Positions 63,803-64,000 of a DNA stretch of 64,000 bases are shown here, in pieces. Origin of the DNA: Balanoglossus misakiensis (lineage: Eukaryota > Animalia > Hemichordata); NCBI GenBank assembly GCA_040954595.2, contig CM082578.2, positions 7,673,519 through 7,737,518 of the forward strand, written 5' to 3'. Every line of letters begins with the position of its first letter. Positions within the stretch are counted from its first letter, which is position 1. Position numbers and translations under genes: made by a program. The notes under the pieces were generated by a model, which saw nothing but the letters and a program-made list of their open reading frames with translations, was not told the origin of the DNA and made no database searches.

Positions 63803-64000
63803 TAAAATAAAAGAGCTTTAATTCATCTACTTGGACTGGATCGACTTGAAGTTGGCCTTCATACACTGTCCATGGTTATTAGACATACGTCACAGTCACA
63901 TGCAACGTTTGCCTGCTATTTTGCACGATTATATTGTATTTCGAAATTGTTTATCTGGCAATATTAAACGATGCCTCGTGATGGTTGAAAATAAACAAAA

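Noticed and set aside
63863-63883. RE1/REST-like site upstream of the TRP gene
   Set aside because: Only the ctgtcc.tggt part matches; the other half does not.

Overview
Eukaryotic (animal) genomic DNA: AT-rich, GT-AG introns, probably a marine invertebrate such as a deuterostome; the species cannot be fixed from sequence alone. Five spliced genes were reconstructed by hand: (1) the last five exons of succinyl-CoA ligase GDP-forming beta subunit (SUCLG2, +); (2) a 13-exon SLC6 transporter most like the creatine transporter SLC6A8 (+), with two alternative first coding exons that each encode TM1; (3) transketolase copy 1 (+), also with two alternative first coding exons; (4) an intact tandem transketolase copy 2 (+) with substitutions clustered at active-site motifs; (5) a short, divergent TRPC-like channel (-) whose TRP box, S4-S5 linker, pore LFW and Zn-binding motifs are altered or absent. 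Introns hold MITEs (Harbinger-like, piggyBac-like), a decayed L2/CR1 LINE, microsatellites and long hairpin elements, two of which are flip/flop isomers. Most ORFs in the supplied track are spurious or are exon fragments read into introns. Coordinates and counts were made by eye and may be off by a base or two; human residue numbers are from memory.
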